NCBI GenBank assembly: GCA_004284765.1
Contig: NQJD01000002.1
Coordinates: 1-32,000 of the forward strand
Origin: Candidatus Electronema aureum
GTDB lineage: Bacteria; Desulfobacterota; Desulfobulbia; Desulfobulbales; Desulfobulbaceae
Direction: 5' to 3'
Length of the DNA: 32,000 bases
The notes under the pieces were generated by a model. That model was given only the letters and a program-made list of their open reading frames with translations, had not been told where the DNA came from and did not search any database. Of the stretch, positions 24,404 to 32,000 are shown piece by piece; position 1 is the first letter of the stretch, and every line of letters starts with the position of its first letter. Position numbers and translations under genes: made by a program.

Positions 24404-27187
24404 CTATCCATCAGCCTTCTTCCTGCGGCCCGGCTTCTTCCCTTTTGCCGCAAGAGGCAGCAGGCTGGCGGTGTATTTCTGGTACAGATCAAAGAGGAAG
24501 GCCACCCGCTCGGCCTCGGATTTGAAGTCACGCCGACCGTAGGTAGCATCCACCGCCTTGTCTAACGCGCGATGTGCCTTGAGCAGCACGGGCGGCATGG
24601 TCAGCGGGTCGTAGAGATCAGCGAGCGAGGAGTCCGGGAACTGAGCGCGGGCATTGAGCACGGTCTGCGCCGCAACTTCCACCGCCTGCTGCTGCTTATC
24701 GCTTAGGCTTGGCGGCCACGGGAACGTATTGTAGGTGAATTTTACGGAATATCGTATATCGTTTTTAAGCCGTCCAGAGGTGATATTCACCCAAGCCTTG
24801 TGCATGATGCTGGCGAGTACACCTAAACTGTAAAGACTAGCAGATGGAACGAGCTGCAAATCATTGGCAGCCACAACCTCGCCTGACAAATAGCCAATTG
24901 GCAGGTACTGTCGGTTCTCGGAAGAGGTACGGGGAATAGCGAGATAGTCACCATCCGGCTGGCGGTTTTCCGTAAATAATGTTGGAATGTTCGCTTTCTC
25001 TTTGGTGGCTTCCTTTGGACTCTGTTGCCGCATACAGCGAACTGCCTTAACTCTCTCAAGAACCAGCGGCATTCTCTGTAATTCGTCGGGCGGACAATCA
25101 ACTAGCCAGAGGCAATAGCGAAGATCGTTATGAATGAATCCTTCAGCTCCGAGATAGGGTCTTATCCACTTTGCAGCAAGTGGTTCAGCTGAAAGAAACT
25201 CGTCTTTCTCTTCTGGTGTGAAGATTAGGTTGCCACCATCTGCCGGAATGCTGCCGTTGACAATCTCCTGAACTAGACAGATTGGCTTCATCCTCCCATA
25301 AACAATAATATCAGGCCCGTCAATCAGATAAGGACTGATGTTCTTTGCTTGAATGGAATGCGCCTCGCCGCGAATGTCCTCATACTCGAACAGCAGCTTC
25401 GGCTGCACCTCCTCGCAGGCAAAGCCGACAATCACGCAATGCACGGCGGCCTTGCCCCGCGCCTCGTTATTCCATTGAAAGGTGCGGTGGGCGAAGAATA
25501 TACGGCAGCCCTGTGAGAGCAGCCAATTCCACAGCACACTGACCTGCTCGCCTTGACAGATGGAGTTCGTGGAGACAAAGGCGCAGCGGATGGCGGTGTT
25601 CCGCAGCATCTGCGCCGCCTTCACATACCAGGCCGCAACAAAGTCGAGCAGCCCTGCATTCTTGATGCCAGCGAAGACGGCATTCACGTCGGCCCGCTGC
25701 GCTTCGCTCATGAACTTTGCGCCCACAAACGGCGGATTGCCCATGATGTAACTCAGTCGCTCCACCGGAACTACCTCGTTCCAGTCAAGGCGGAGAGCAT
25801 TGCCGCAGATGATGTTCGGACTGGTTTTCAGCGGAATGCGGGCGAAGTAGAGACCGAACTCCTCGGAAACCTGCTGGTTCATCTGGTGATCGGTCAGCCA
25901 CAGAGCCACCTGCGCAATCTGCGCGGGGAACTCCTCCAGCTCAATGCCGAAGAACTGATCAACATTCAGGCGGATGAGACCGCGCACATCCAAGCTCTGC
26001 TGCACCTTCTCAACCTCGTTCCGCACGCTGGTGTGGAGGACGCGGAGAATGTCCAATTCGAGCAGACGCAGCTCACGATAGGCAATAACGAGAAAGTTGC
26101 CGCAGCCGCAGGCCGGATCAAGGAAGCTCAGGCTGCGCAGCTGCTGATGGAACTCCTCCAGCTTCTTGCGATTGCCCTTCACCTTGCCGAACTCCTCGCG
26201 CAGGCGGTCAAGAAAGAGCGGCCTGATCAGCTTGAGGATGTTCTGCTCGCTGGTGTAGTGCGCGCCGAGGTTGCGGCGGGCCTGCTTGTCCATGATTGAC
26301 TGGAACAGCGAGCCGAAGATAGCAGGCGAGATGCGCGACCAATCTAAACCGCAGCAGTCGAGCAGACTCTGGCGCATGACCGTGTCAAAGGAAGCGGGTG
26401 AAAGAACTTCCTCGAACAGCCTACCGTTGACAAAGGGAAAGGCGGCAAGCTGCTCGTCAAGGTTCTTTAGGCGGTGGTCTTCCGGGCTGTTGAGGATGTG
26501 GAAGAAGACCGAGAGCTGCGGGCCAAGATCGCTGCCGTCCTCGCCTGTGCGCTGCTCGATGAAGTCCTGAAACTGCTGCTGTTGAAAGATGCCGGTGTCC
26601 TCGGCAAAGAGACAGAAGAGCAGGCGGACAAGATAGACCTCCAGCGCATGGCCGACGTAGCCGGTCTCCTTCATCAGGTCGTGCAGACGGCCCATGCGCT
26701 CCGCCGCCTTGATGTTCACCGGGTCCTGCTCGCGCACGGCGTGGGTCTGGTAGCCCGCGATAAAGCCGAAGAGTCGCAGGTTCTTGTGCAAGTCCTTCAG
26801 CGCAAAGTCGTGGCGGCTGTCTTCCTCCAGATCATAGAGCCGGAAGCGGGCGAAGTCGGAAACAAGGATGCAGCGCGGCAGCTCGCGCTCCTTCAGGCCG
26901 GGGAAATAGCCAAGTGCCTGCTGATGGGCGCGGTCAAGGTCTTTGCCGCGTGACTTGTGTTCAATCAGCAGCATCCCTTTCCAGAGCAGATCAATGTAGC
27001 CGTCGCGGCCATCCAGCTTATTCACCCGCTGCTCAAAGCTGGCCACCCTGCGTCGTTCAATGCCGAAGACGTGAAAGAACGCATTCCAGAAGGTCTTGGC
27101 TTCTGCATCTTCAGAAGCCTCGTCCGCCCATTCGCGGGAGAAGGCGAGAGCGCGGGATTTGATTTCGTTCCAGCTTAAAGGGGGCAT
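24404..27187 (-). CDS. MmeI-family Type IIL restriction-modification enzyme (fused endonuclease, N6-adenine methyltransferase and target-recognition domain)
   Basis: The N-terminus is collinear with MmeI as recalled (LSWNEIK..A..FS..W, FGI.RRRVASFE, IDLLWKGMLLIEHKSRGKDL with D66-x9-E76-x-K78, LPR..LVSDF.RFRL, FGFIAGYQT). SAM motif FLDPACGCGNFL (26090..26125). Catalytic NPPF in IMGNPPFVGAKF (25727..25738). The 927-aa length is close to that of MmeI. Confidence 0.9.
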   Translation of the reverse strand: MPPLSWNEIKSRALAFSREWADEASEDAEAKTFWNAFFHVFGIERRRVASFEQRVNKLDGRDGYIDLLWKGMLLIEHKSRGKDLDRAHQQALGYFPGLKERELPRCILVSDFARFRLYDLEEDSRHDFALKDLHKNLRLFGFIAGYQTHAVREQDPVNIKAAERMGRLHDLMKETGYVGHALEVYLVRLLFCLFAEDTGIFQQQQFQDFIEQRTGEDGSDLGPQLSVFFHILNSPEDHRLKNLDEQLAAFPFVNGRLFEEVLSPASFDTVMRQSLLDCCGLDWSRISPAIFGSLFQSIMDKQARRNLGAHYTSEQNILKLIRPLFLDRLREEFGKVKGNRKKLEEFHQQLRSLSFLDPACGCGNFLVIAYRELRLLELDILRVLHTSVRNEVEKVQQSLDVRGLIRLNVDQFFGIELEEFPAQIAQVALWLTDHQMNQQVSEEFGLYFARIPLKTSPNIICGNALRLDWNEVVPVERLSYIMGNPPFVGAKFMSEAQRADVNAVFAGIKNAGLLDFVAAWYVKAAQMLRNTAIRCAFVSTNSICQGEQVSVLWNWLLSQGCRIFFAHRTFQWNNEARGKAAVHCVIVGFACEEVQPKLLFEYEDIRGEAHSIQAKNISPYLIDGPDIIVYGRMKPICLVQEIVNGSIPADGGNLIFTPEEKDEFLSAEPLAAKWIRPYLGAEGFIHNDLRYCLWLVDCPPDELQRMPLVLERVKAVRCMRQQSPKEATKEKANIPTLFTENRQPDGDYLAIPRTSSENRQYLPIGYLSGEVVAANDLQLVPSASLYSLGVLASIMHKAWVNITSGRLKNDIRYSVKFTYNTFPWPPSLSDKQQQAVEVAAQTVLNARAQFPDSSLADLYDPLTMPPVLLKAHRALDKAVDATYGRRDFKSEAERVAFLFDLYQKYTASLLPLAAKGKKPGRRKKADG

Positions 27188-27205
27188 GGGGCTTTTATTA
27201 TTTGT

Positions 27206-30200
27206 TTATGCCTGCTGCGCATCTTCTTCCGACAAATACGCTCTCAGCCAAGGCCAAAGCTGGTTTTCCTGCACTTTGCAACCCACCAGATTTTCCTGAA
27301 GTTTAAAGTGGTTCTTCTCATTTTTACGGGTTGCCTTCATTATAGAGTCCCGGCAGGCTCGGTAATGCTCAAACCGTTCATAAGGTACCTCCGGCGAGTA
27401 AATCATTTCTTCTCCCCAGAGCCAGAACCTTCGGTCAACGCATCGTAAGAACAGGCGAAATGCCGCCCATGCCTGAAGCGTTTCTTCGTGGGTGATAAAA
27501 CGTTCAAACCAGTGATGCGCCCATTGATTGCGTTCATGGATTATCTTTGCTTTTCTGGCGCAATCGTGCAGCCAAGACGGTTTCTTTTCCGCTATCCAAG
27601 CGTCCAGCCGTTCACCCGCTGAATGATCATCCATGAAGCCAAGCAGGAAAAGGCCCTTGGCGTTATCCAAAGCAAAATCAGATTGGAGATATTCGGTGAT
27701 GGTTCCTTCAAGCCATTCATTCCTGTCATGCTTTTGCGCAAGGAAGGCTATTTCAAAGAGTTCATCGTCGTAAAGGGCATTATCCAGCAGAGATTTTCTG
27801 AGATTGCAAACGGTCTCTGAATTTCCTGCCCGAAAAAGGCCGAATAACAGGTTAAGTATTTCAGTTGTATAATCAATCAATCGGAGCCTGTTTTCACGAT
27901 GAAGCCGCCGAAAAAGCCGTTCTCCCTGTTTCGGTTGATGCTCCAATAGGATTTCGCATAAGGCTTCATAAAATCCCCGGCAACGAACAAGCATTTCGGT
28001 ATCTTGTTTCAAGGCGGTTATCAGCCATTGGTTGACATATTCAGGACAGGCAGCAACAACTTCAGCAAGTGCATCTATACGGAATTTTTCTATGAACAGA
28101 TTGTTTCCTGTTTTTCTGAGAGAAACGGCGAAGTTATTCACCTTGTCTTTTACTTGTTGATTTTTGCTGGTTTGCAACTCAAAGTTCATCGAATCCTGAA
28201 AGCTGGTTTCTTTTTCGTCATCTTTCCCAGAACTTCGGTAAGAGCTTCCGCCCCAAATGGATGTCGGTGAAACAATTTTGAACCCAAGGTTGTCATTTGT
28301 ATGCAAAGAGTAATCGCATTCATGCTCCGGTTCAGGAAGATTGATTTTGACTGCAACCTGATCTGCCTCTATTGGGATTTCAAACGGTTGCATTGCAACG
28401 CTGTGCCAAAGTTGATGAAGAGTCTTCCCGTATGCAGCGATTTCATCGTTCTTGCAGTCTCGTTTTTTGACAGCATACCCCAGCAGTTGAAGAGAAACAC
28501 GCTCCAATATTTCGGAAAAAGGCAAGTCCAGACCATGCTCGGCCAATAATCTGCTGCCCCAATACCGTTCAAAATCGCTGCCAGCCTTAGCTGAACCCCA
28601 ATTGCTCTTCAAGATTGACTGAATTCCTTGCTTATTTTTGGTACAAGTAAAAAGTTCCAGTGCATGGTGGATACGGGCAAATCTGTTATCAATTTCCGAA
28701 AATTCAGGAAGCAACTCCATTATCTGCTGGTCAATCTCAAGGAGAGAAGGAAGGAGATTGATAAGAAATTTAAGCCGTTCTGATGGCATTTGTATGTTCG
28801 CAAGTTTTTCAGTTACACAAGCTAATTTTGAAGAATCATCAATGTTTTTGACAAAAGGAAACCTTCCTCTGCACCATGTGTAATCATCTGAACAGCGTTC
28901 TTTTATGAGATCAAGTTGCTGATTCAAGGCTTTTCCTCTTGACACACACGCAAAAAGGATTGTTTCCGTAAAGAACGCATCATTGTGCCCGGAAATCTCG
29001 GATAGACTGCTTCGCCATGCCTCTTCCACGGCTGAACGCGCCTTTTCACTCAGAATCATAATATGCTCATAGATGAACATCGACAGCAACCAGCGCGACG
29101 ATTGCTCTCTTTCCGGGAAAAGACAGGCAAGCTCATTAATGATTTCAGAAAATCGTTCCGGGCAATAAGAGCATAATGCAGGTTCAATATTGCGAATGTC
29201 TATATCTTCTCCAGTTTGCCCGTTCTCATTTGATTTAAAATATTTCAAGTCAATCTCTTTTCCTGTCCGCATAAACAGCAGCTTGAATTTTTTCGGTACT
29301 GTACATGATGGATCTACAGCAACATCCCTTAGTTTAGAAACAATGGCATCGATATTAGCAGGAGAGCTTTCGAGAAAGCCTAAACATTCCAAATAATATT
29401 CACGAGTCCAGTTGTATAATAAATTTATACAAGGATACTCTTTGTAAAGCTGGTACATCAAATTTTCCTCTTTGTATTCAGAAGGGATTTTTTTGTCCAT
29501 CTGCCAAGATGTTTCCGTTCCTAAGGCTCGCAGGAGAAAGACAGCAGTTCTCTGCGCAACACATTGAGAATTTTTTAAAAGCTCTTCTATTTCTATCAAG
29601 ATGTTCTTTTCAATATCATCCTTCGCTGTACGCAATACCCAAGAAAGCTGCTCGTAAAAATCAGGGTAGCCCATGACCATCCCAGCGACAACACCCGTTA
29701 TCATAGCCCGAATATATGGAGCGCGGGGCTGCTGCGAAATAATAGCGAGAGCAAAACGGGATAGCCTCAGAAGCCCTTCGTCTTCTGTCCGGGTCAGGCG
29801 AAAACCGAACAGCTCGCACTGATCTGCTGAAAAATCATGCCCCAGTGCCCGCCGTACATCCCGCCTGCCTTTTTCGAGTTTGCTTTGATCGTCACGGGCA
29901 TGTCTGCCTTTATGCCCGTCATGATGGACAAATCCCATCCAGCGTTCAAACGTAGGTATCAGGATTTGCTGGACAGTTCCCTGTCCGCCGAATTTCAAAA
30001 AACCTGACATGAAGGCATTTTGCAACCCCATGTTATTTGCATTTTCCGACCATTCCTGCTCCATCATCCGCAGATAGATTTCAGGTCGAACCGGGAGATA
30101 GGATGTAATGCGCCACCAATCATCTTCTTTTATATTCCTCCCGGAAACCCACGCATTGAACAACGCCAGATGAATTCCTTCCGGCCATTCCTTTTTACCA

Positions 30201-31924
30201 AGCGCATGATAAAGAGCCATAGCGCAGATAGAAACTTTAATGTCCATATCCGGCTGCGGCTCTTGGAAATGCGCTATTACTTCAGCAAGATTATTTTGCG
30301 CTTCCAGCGCATCTGCCACCTCATAAGCAAGCAGCAATCCCAGACCAAGAATCAGATAATCTCGGTTGATTGTCCATCCGCTACCATGTTTTTGAAGAAC
30401 ACGGCCCGTACTTAACTCGGTCAGCAGAGAGTTGCTGTCACCATATCCAGATAGCTCAGTCTGCAATTCTCCCCGGAAAATTCTTTTGCTTTGCTGTATC
30501 CGATTGCTTAGATTGCAGATCAATTCCTGAAATGCTTCGTGGCTCAAGGAATTACCCAGCTTGCGCTCTTGCTTATCCCGCCAGTCTTCGTAAATCAGAC
30601 GCTCTCTGGTGATTTCGCCTTCGCTGTCCATGCGCTCCCACAGGCGTACAGTCAGATCAAAGTAGCGGGGAATACGAAGCAGATCGATGAGGTTTTTATC
30701 AAAATGATCAGGAGTCAGATTCTTGACAGCAAGTGCCGACTTTAATTCCGCATCGTTGTATGGGCCTAATGTGAAGACAGCGGCTCCTACAGAAGACAGA
30801 TGTTCATCCCAGAATTTTTTGCGGCAAGTCATCAGCACTGCTGTACGATTGCACCACGGTTCCACAGCAAATTTTGCCAAAAGCTGCCGCCATTCCATAT
30901 CAGGACGCTCATTCAAGCCGTCCATGACAAGGAGAAAAAGCGGCGTGTCGCCAGCCGGACGTTCCAGCCAACGCTGCAACCGTTTCTGCCAGTATCCTTC
31001 GTATGGTTCTTTTAACTGCTTCGCAAGAATTTCAGGCAAGAGAATGTCAAATTCTTTTAAATCAGCCATTCCGGAGGGAAGGAAGATGACAGGAAAACCA
31101 TCTGACAGCTTGCCGTAGAGCCAATCTACAACCGCCCAGGTTTTGCCGTCGCCTTCTTCGCCAAGAACAACAAAAAACTTGTGCTGCTCATGCCAATTGG
31201 CAAACCAGTTGTCCAGAGCTTCCTGCGCTGCTTTGCGGGGAATGAAAAACTCTCCTTCAGCCCGCACCGCCAAGTTCTGTGAAAAGGCCGCTTTTGACTC
31301 ATCCTTATTCCGCAACCGTCCGCACAGCCAAGCATTTTGCTCTTCCAGCCAGTGATCATAACCGATATTCTGCGCGGCCAGCTCCTGCTTGAGTTTTTCA
31401 GACTTGTCCGAAACCTCTTTATTTTCTTTTAGTGATTGTAGATAGCTGGAAAATTCATCAGCTTCTTGTTTGTCAGCGAAATATTTTTGCAGATGCCTGA
31501 CGGTGATCTCCGGTGCATAAGCACATAATGCGGCAAGAAAGCTCTTCTCTTCCCCTTGAGCATCTATAGAAAAATAAGCAATCCCAGAGTCCTGACTGAA
31601 TTGCCGAAGTGGATTATGATGCTGGTCACTCAACCGCTTGGTGGTGACAACCATCCAAAGATCAGGCTTTAAACTGTTCTGGGCGGCAGCGGTGAATTTA
31701 GCTAACAGCTCATCACTTTTGAGCTTTGTTGCATCATCGTATCTTTTGCATTCCGCCATCAAGAAATTGCTGGCCATGTCCCGGCCTCCCTGATCGCCTG
31801 AACGCGAAAGATGAAAACGCTGCCCGGTCAGCCGCTCAAGCAGCTTGGCGACAAGTCCTTCAAAGCCATCCTGTCCGGCGGCGGGCTGTTTCCAGATGAT
31901 TTGCAGAAATTGTTCAAAATTCAT
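27206..31924 (-). CDS. Giant STAND-type defence protein: Mrr-like PD-(D/E)xK nuclease + NACHT-like P-loop NTPase + ~1100-aa unassigned helical C-terminal region
   Basis: Nuclease: FEGLVAKLLERLTG...SGDQGGRDMASNFLMAECKRY (D..ExK, 31745..31780). Walker A: VVLGEEGDGKTW (31139..31162). Walker B: PLFLLVMDGLNE (D at 30920..30922). Start ambiguous: ATG 31924 (MNFEQFLQ, begins right at the nuclease domain) or ATG 31987 (the ORF-track start, adding 21 odd residues); neither has a clear SD. The upstream region is cut by the window end. Confidence 0.8.
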   Translation of the reverse strand: MNFEQFLQIIWKQPAAGQDGFEGLVAKLLERLTGQRFHLSRSGDQGGRDMASNFLMAECKRYDDATKLKSDELLAKFTAAAQNSLKPDLWMVVTTKRLSDQHHNPLRQFSQDSGIAYFSIDAQGEEKSFLAALCAYAPEITVRHLQKYFADKQEADEFSSYLQSLKENKEVSDKSEKLKQELAAQNIGYDHWLEEQNAWLCGRLRNKDESKAAFSQNLAVRAEGEFFIPRKAAQEALDNWFANWHEQHKFFVVLGEEGDGKTWAVVDWLYGKLSDGFPVIFLPSGMADLKEFDILLPEILAKQLKEPYEGYWQKRLQRWLERPAGDTPLFLLVMDGLNERPDMEWRQLLAKFAVEPWCNRTAVLMTCRKKFWDEHLSSVGAAVFTLGPYNDAELKSALAVKNLTPDHFDKNLIDLLRIPRYFDLTVRLWERMDSEGEITRERLIYEDWRDKQERKLGNSLSHEAFQELICNLSNRIQQSKRIFRGELQTELSGYGDSNSLLTELSTGRVLQKHGSGWTINRDYLILGLGLLLAYEVADALEAQNNLAEVIAHFQEPQPDMDIKVSICAMALYHALGKKEWPEGIHLALFNAWVSGRNIKEDDWWRITSYLPVRPEIYLRMMEQEWSENANNMGLQNAFMSGFLKFGGQGTVQQILIPTFERWMGFVHHDGHKGRHARDDQSKLEKGRRDVRRALGHDFSADQCELFGFRLTRTEDEGLLRLSRFALAIISQQPRAPYIRAMITGVVAGMVMGYPDFYEQLSWVLRTAKDDIEKNILIEIEELLKNSQCVAQRTAVFLLRALGTETSWQMDKKIPSEYKEENLMYQLYKEYPCINLLYNWTREYYLECLGFLESSPANIDAIVSKLRDVAVDPSCTVPKKFKLLFMRTGKEIDLKYFKSNENGQTGEDIDIRNIEPALCSYCPERFSEIINELACLFPEREQSSRWLLSMFIYEHIMILSEKARSAVEEAWRSSLSEISGHNDAFFTETILFACVSRGKALNQQLDLIKERCSDDYTWCRGRFPFVKNIDDSSKLACVTEKLANIQMPSERLKFLINLLPSLLEIDQQIMELLPEFSEIDNRFARIHHALELFTCTKNKQGIQSILKSNWGSAKAGSDFERYWGSRLLAEHGLDLPFSEILERVSLQLLGYAVKKRDCKNDEIAAYGKTLHQLWHSVAMQPFEIPIEADQVAVKINLPEPEHECDYSLHTNDNLGFKIVSPTSIWGGSSYRSSGKDDEKETSFQDSMNFELQTSKNQQVKDKVNNFAVSLRKTGNNLFIEKFRIDALAEVVAACPEYVNQWLITALKQDTEMLVRCRGFYEALCEILLEHQPKQGERLFRRLHRENRLRLIDYTTEILNLLFGLFRAGNSETVCNLRKSLLDNALYDDELFEIAFLAQKHDRNEWLEGTITEYLQSDFALDNAKGLFLLGFMDDHSAGERLDAWIAEKKPSWLHDCARKAKIIHERNQWAHHWFERFITHEETLQAWAAFRLFLRCVDRRFWLWGEEMIYSPEVPYERFEHYRACRDSIMKATRKNEKNHFKLQENLVGCKVQENQLWPWLRAYLSEEDAQQA

Positions 31925-32000
31925 AGCTGGTGAGCGAATAGATGATTCCTGACAGCAAGAGAGACTGACGGCAAGCCATCCTATCATGTGGCGGCAGGCA

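Noticed and set aside
24263-24565. ORFs 24263..24565 and 24286..24525 with internally repetitive peptides (LRCLGWRHYG...)
   Set aside because: The repetitive peptide is simply the translation of the 23-bp tandem hairpin array. Because 23 is not a multiple of 3, the repeat shifts frame at each unit. The 3' parts run antisense into the MmeI-like gene.
25553-26299. 248-aa plus-strand ORF, and other plus-strand ORFs between 26.2 and 27.2 kb
   Set aside because: They are antisense to the MmeI-like gene, whose frame carries the complete family motif set. They are artefacts of the high GC content.
31925-31987. 21-codon N-terminal extension (MIGWLAVSLSCCQESSIRSPA) of the STAND protein
   Set aside because: It is not excluded, but the Mrr-like domain begins right after the second ATG (31924) and the extension looks non-native. 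Neither start has an SD and the upstream sequence is truncated, so the shorter form is reported with the ambiguity stated.

Overview
32-kb chromosomal segment. The multihaem-cytochrome/NrfCD content and the cdaA-cdaR-glmM synteny suggest an anaerobic Desulfobacterota-like organism; this is inference and cannot be verified here. From left to right the window holds: a decayed 711-bp IS with intact 15-bp terminal inverted repeats; VanZ-like and HPP membrane proteins; a tightly coupled NUDIX / nucleoside-hydrolase-like lipoprotein / 694-aa polytopic membrane protein / GT2 cluster; an orphan HAMP-PAS histidine kinase; IS630- and IS110-family debris arranged as a ~115-bp inverted duplication; a five-gene NrfCD-type quinone-linked redox operon with two tetrahaem cytochromes c; a 38-aa Lys-rich ORF absent from the ORF track; glmM-cdaR-cdaA; mutY; an ICMT/PEMT-like methyltransferase; a LivK-like binding protein; an M24 aminopeptidase; bioC; a Phd/VapC toxin-antitoxin pair; and a class I aminotransferase. 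The right-hand 7.6 kb (24.4-32.0 kb) stands out. A ~1570-1590-aa protein (N-terminal Mrr-like PD-(D/E)xK nuclease, NACHT-type P-loop STAND NTPase, ~1100 aa of unassigned helical sequence) lies 18 nt upstream of, and on the same strand as, a 927-aa MmeI-family Type IIL restriction-modification enzyme with intact nuclease and NPPF methylase motifs. The two genes differ sharply in base composition. The pair is bounded on the left by six phased 23-bp hairpin-palindrome repeats and a REP-like inverted repeat. I propose the pair as a candidate coupled defence module (a STAND abortive-infection nuclease wired to, or guarding, an RM enzyme). Simple stacking of two independent systems in a defence island is an equally viable alternative.
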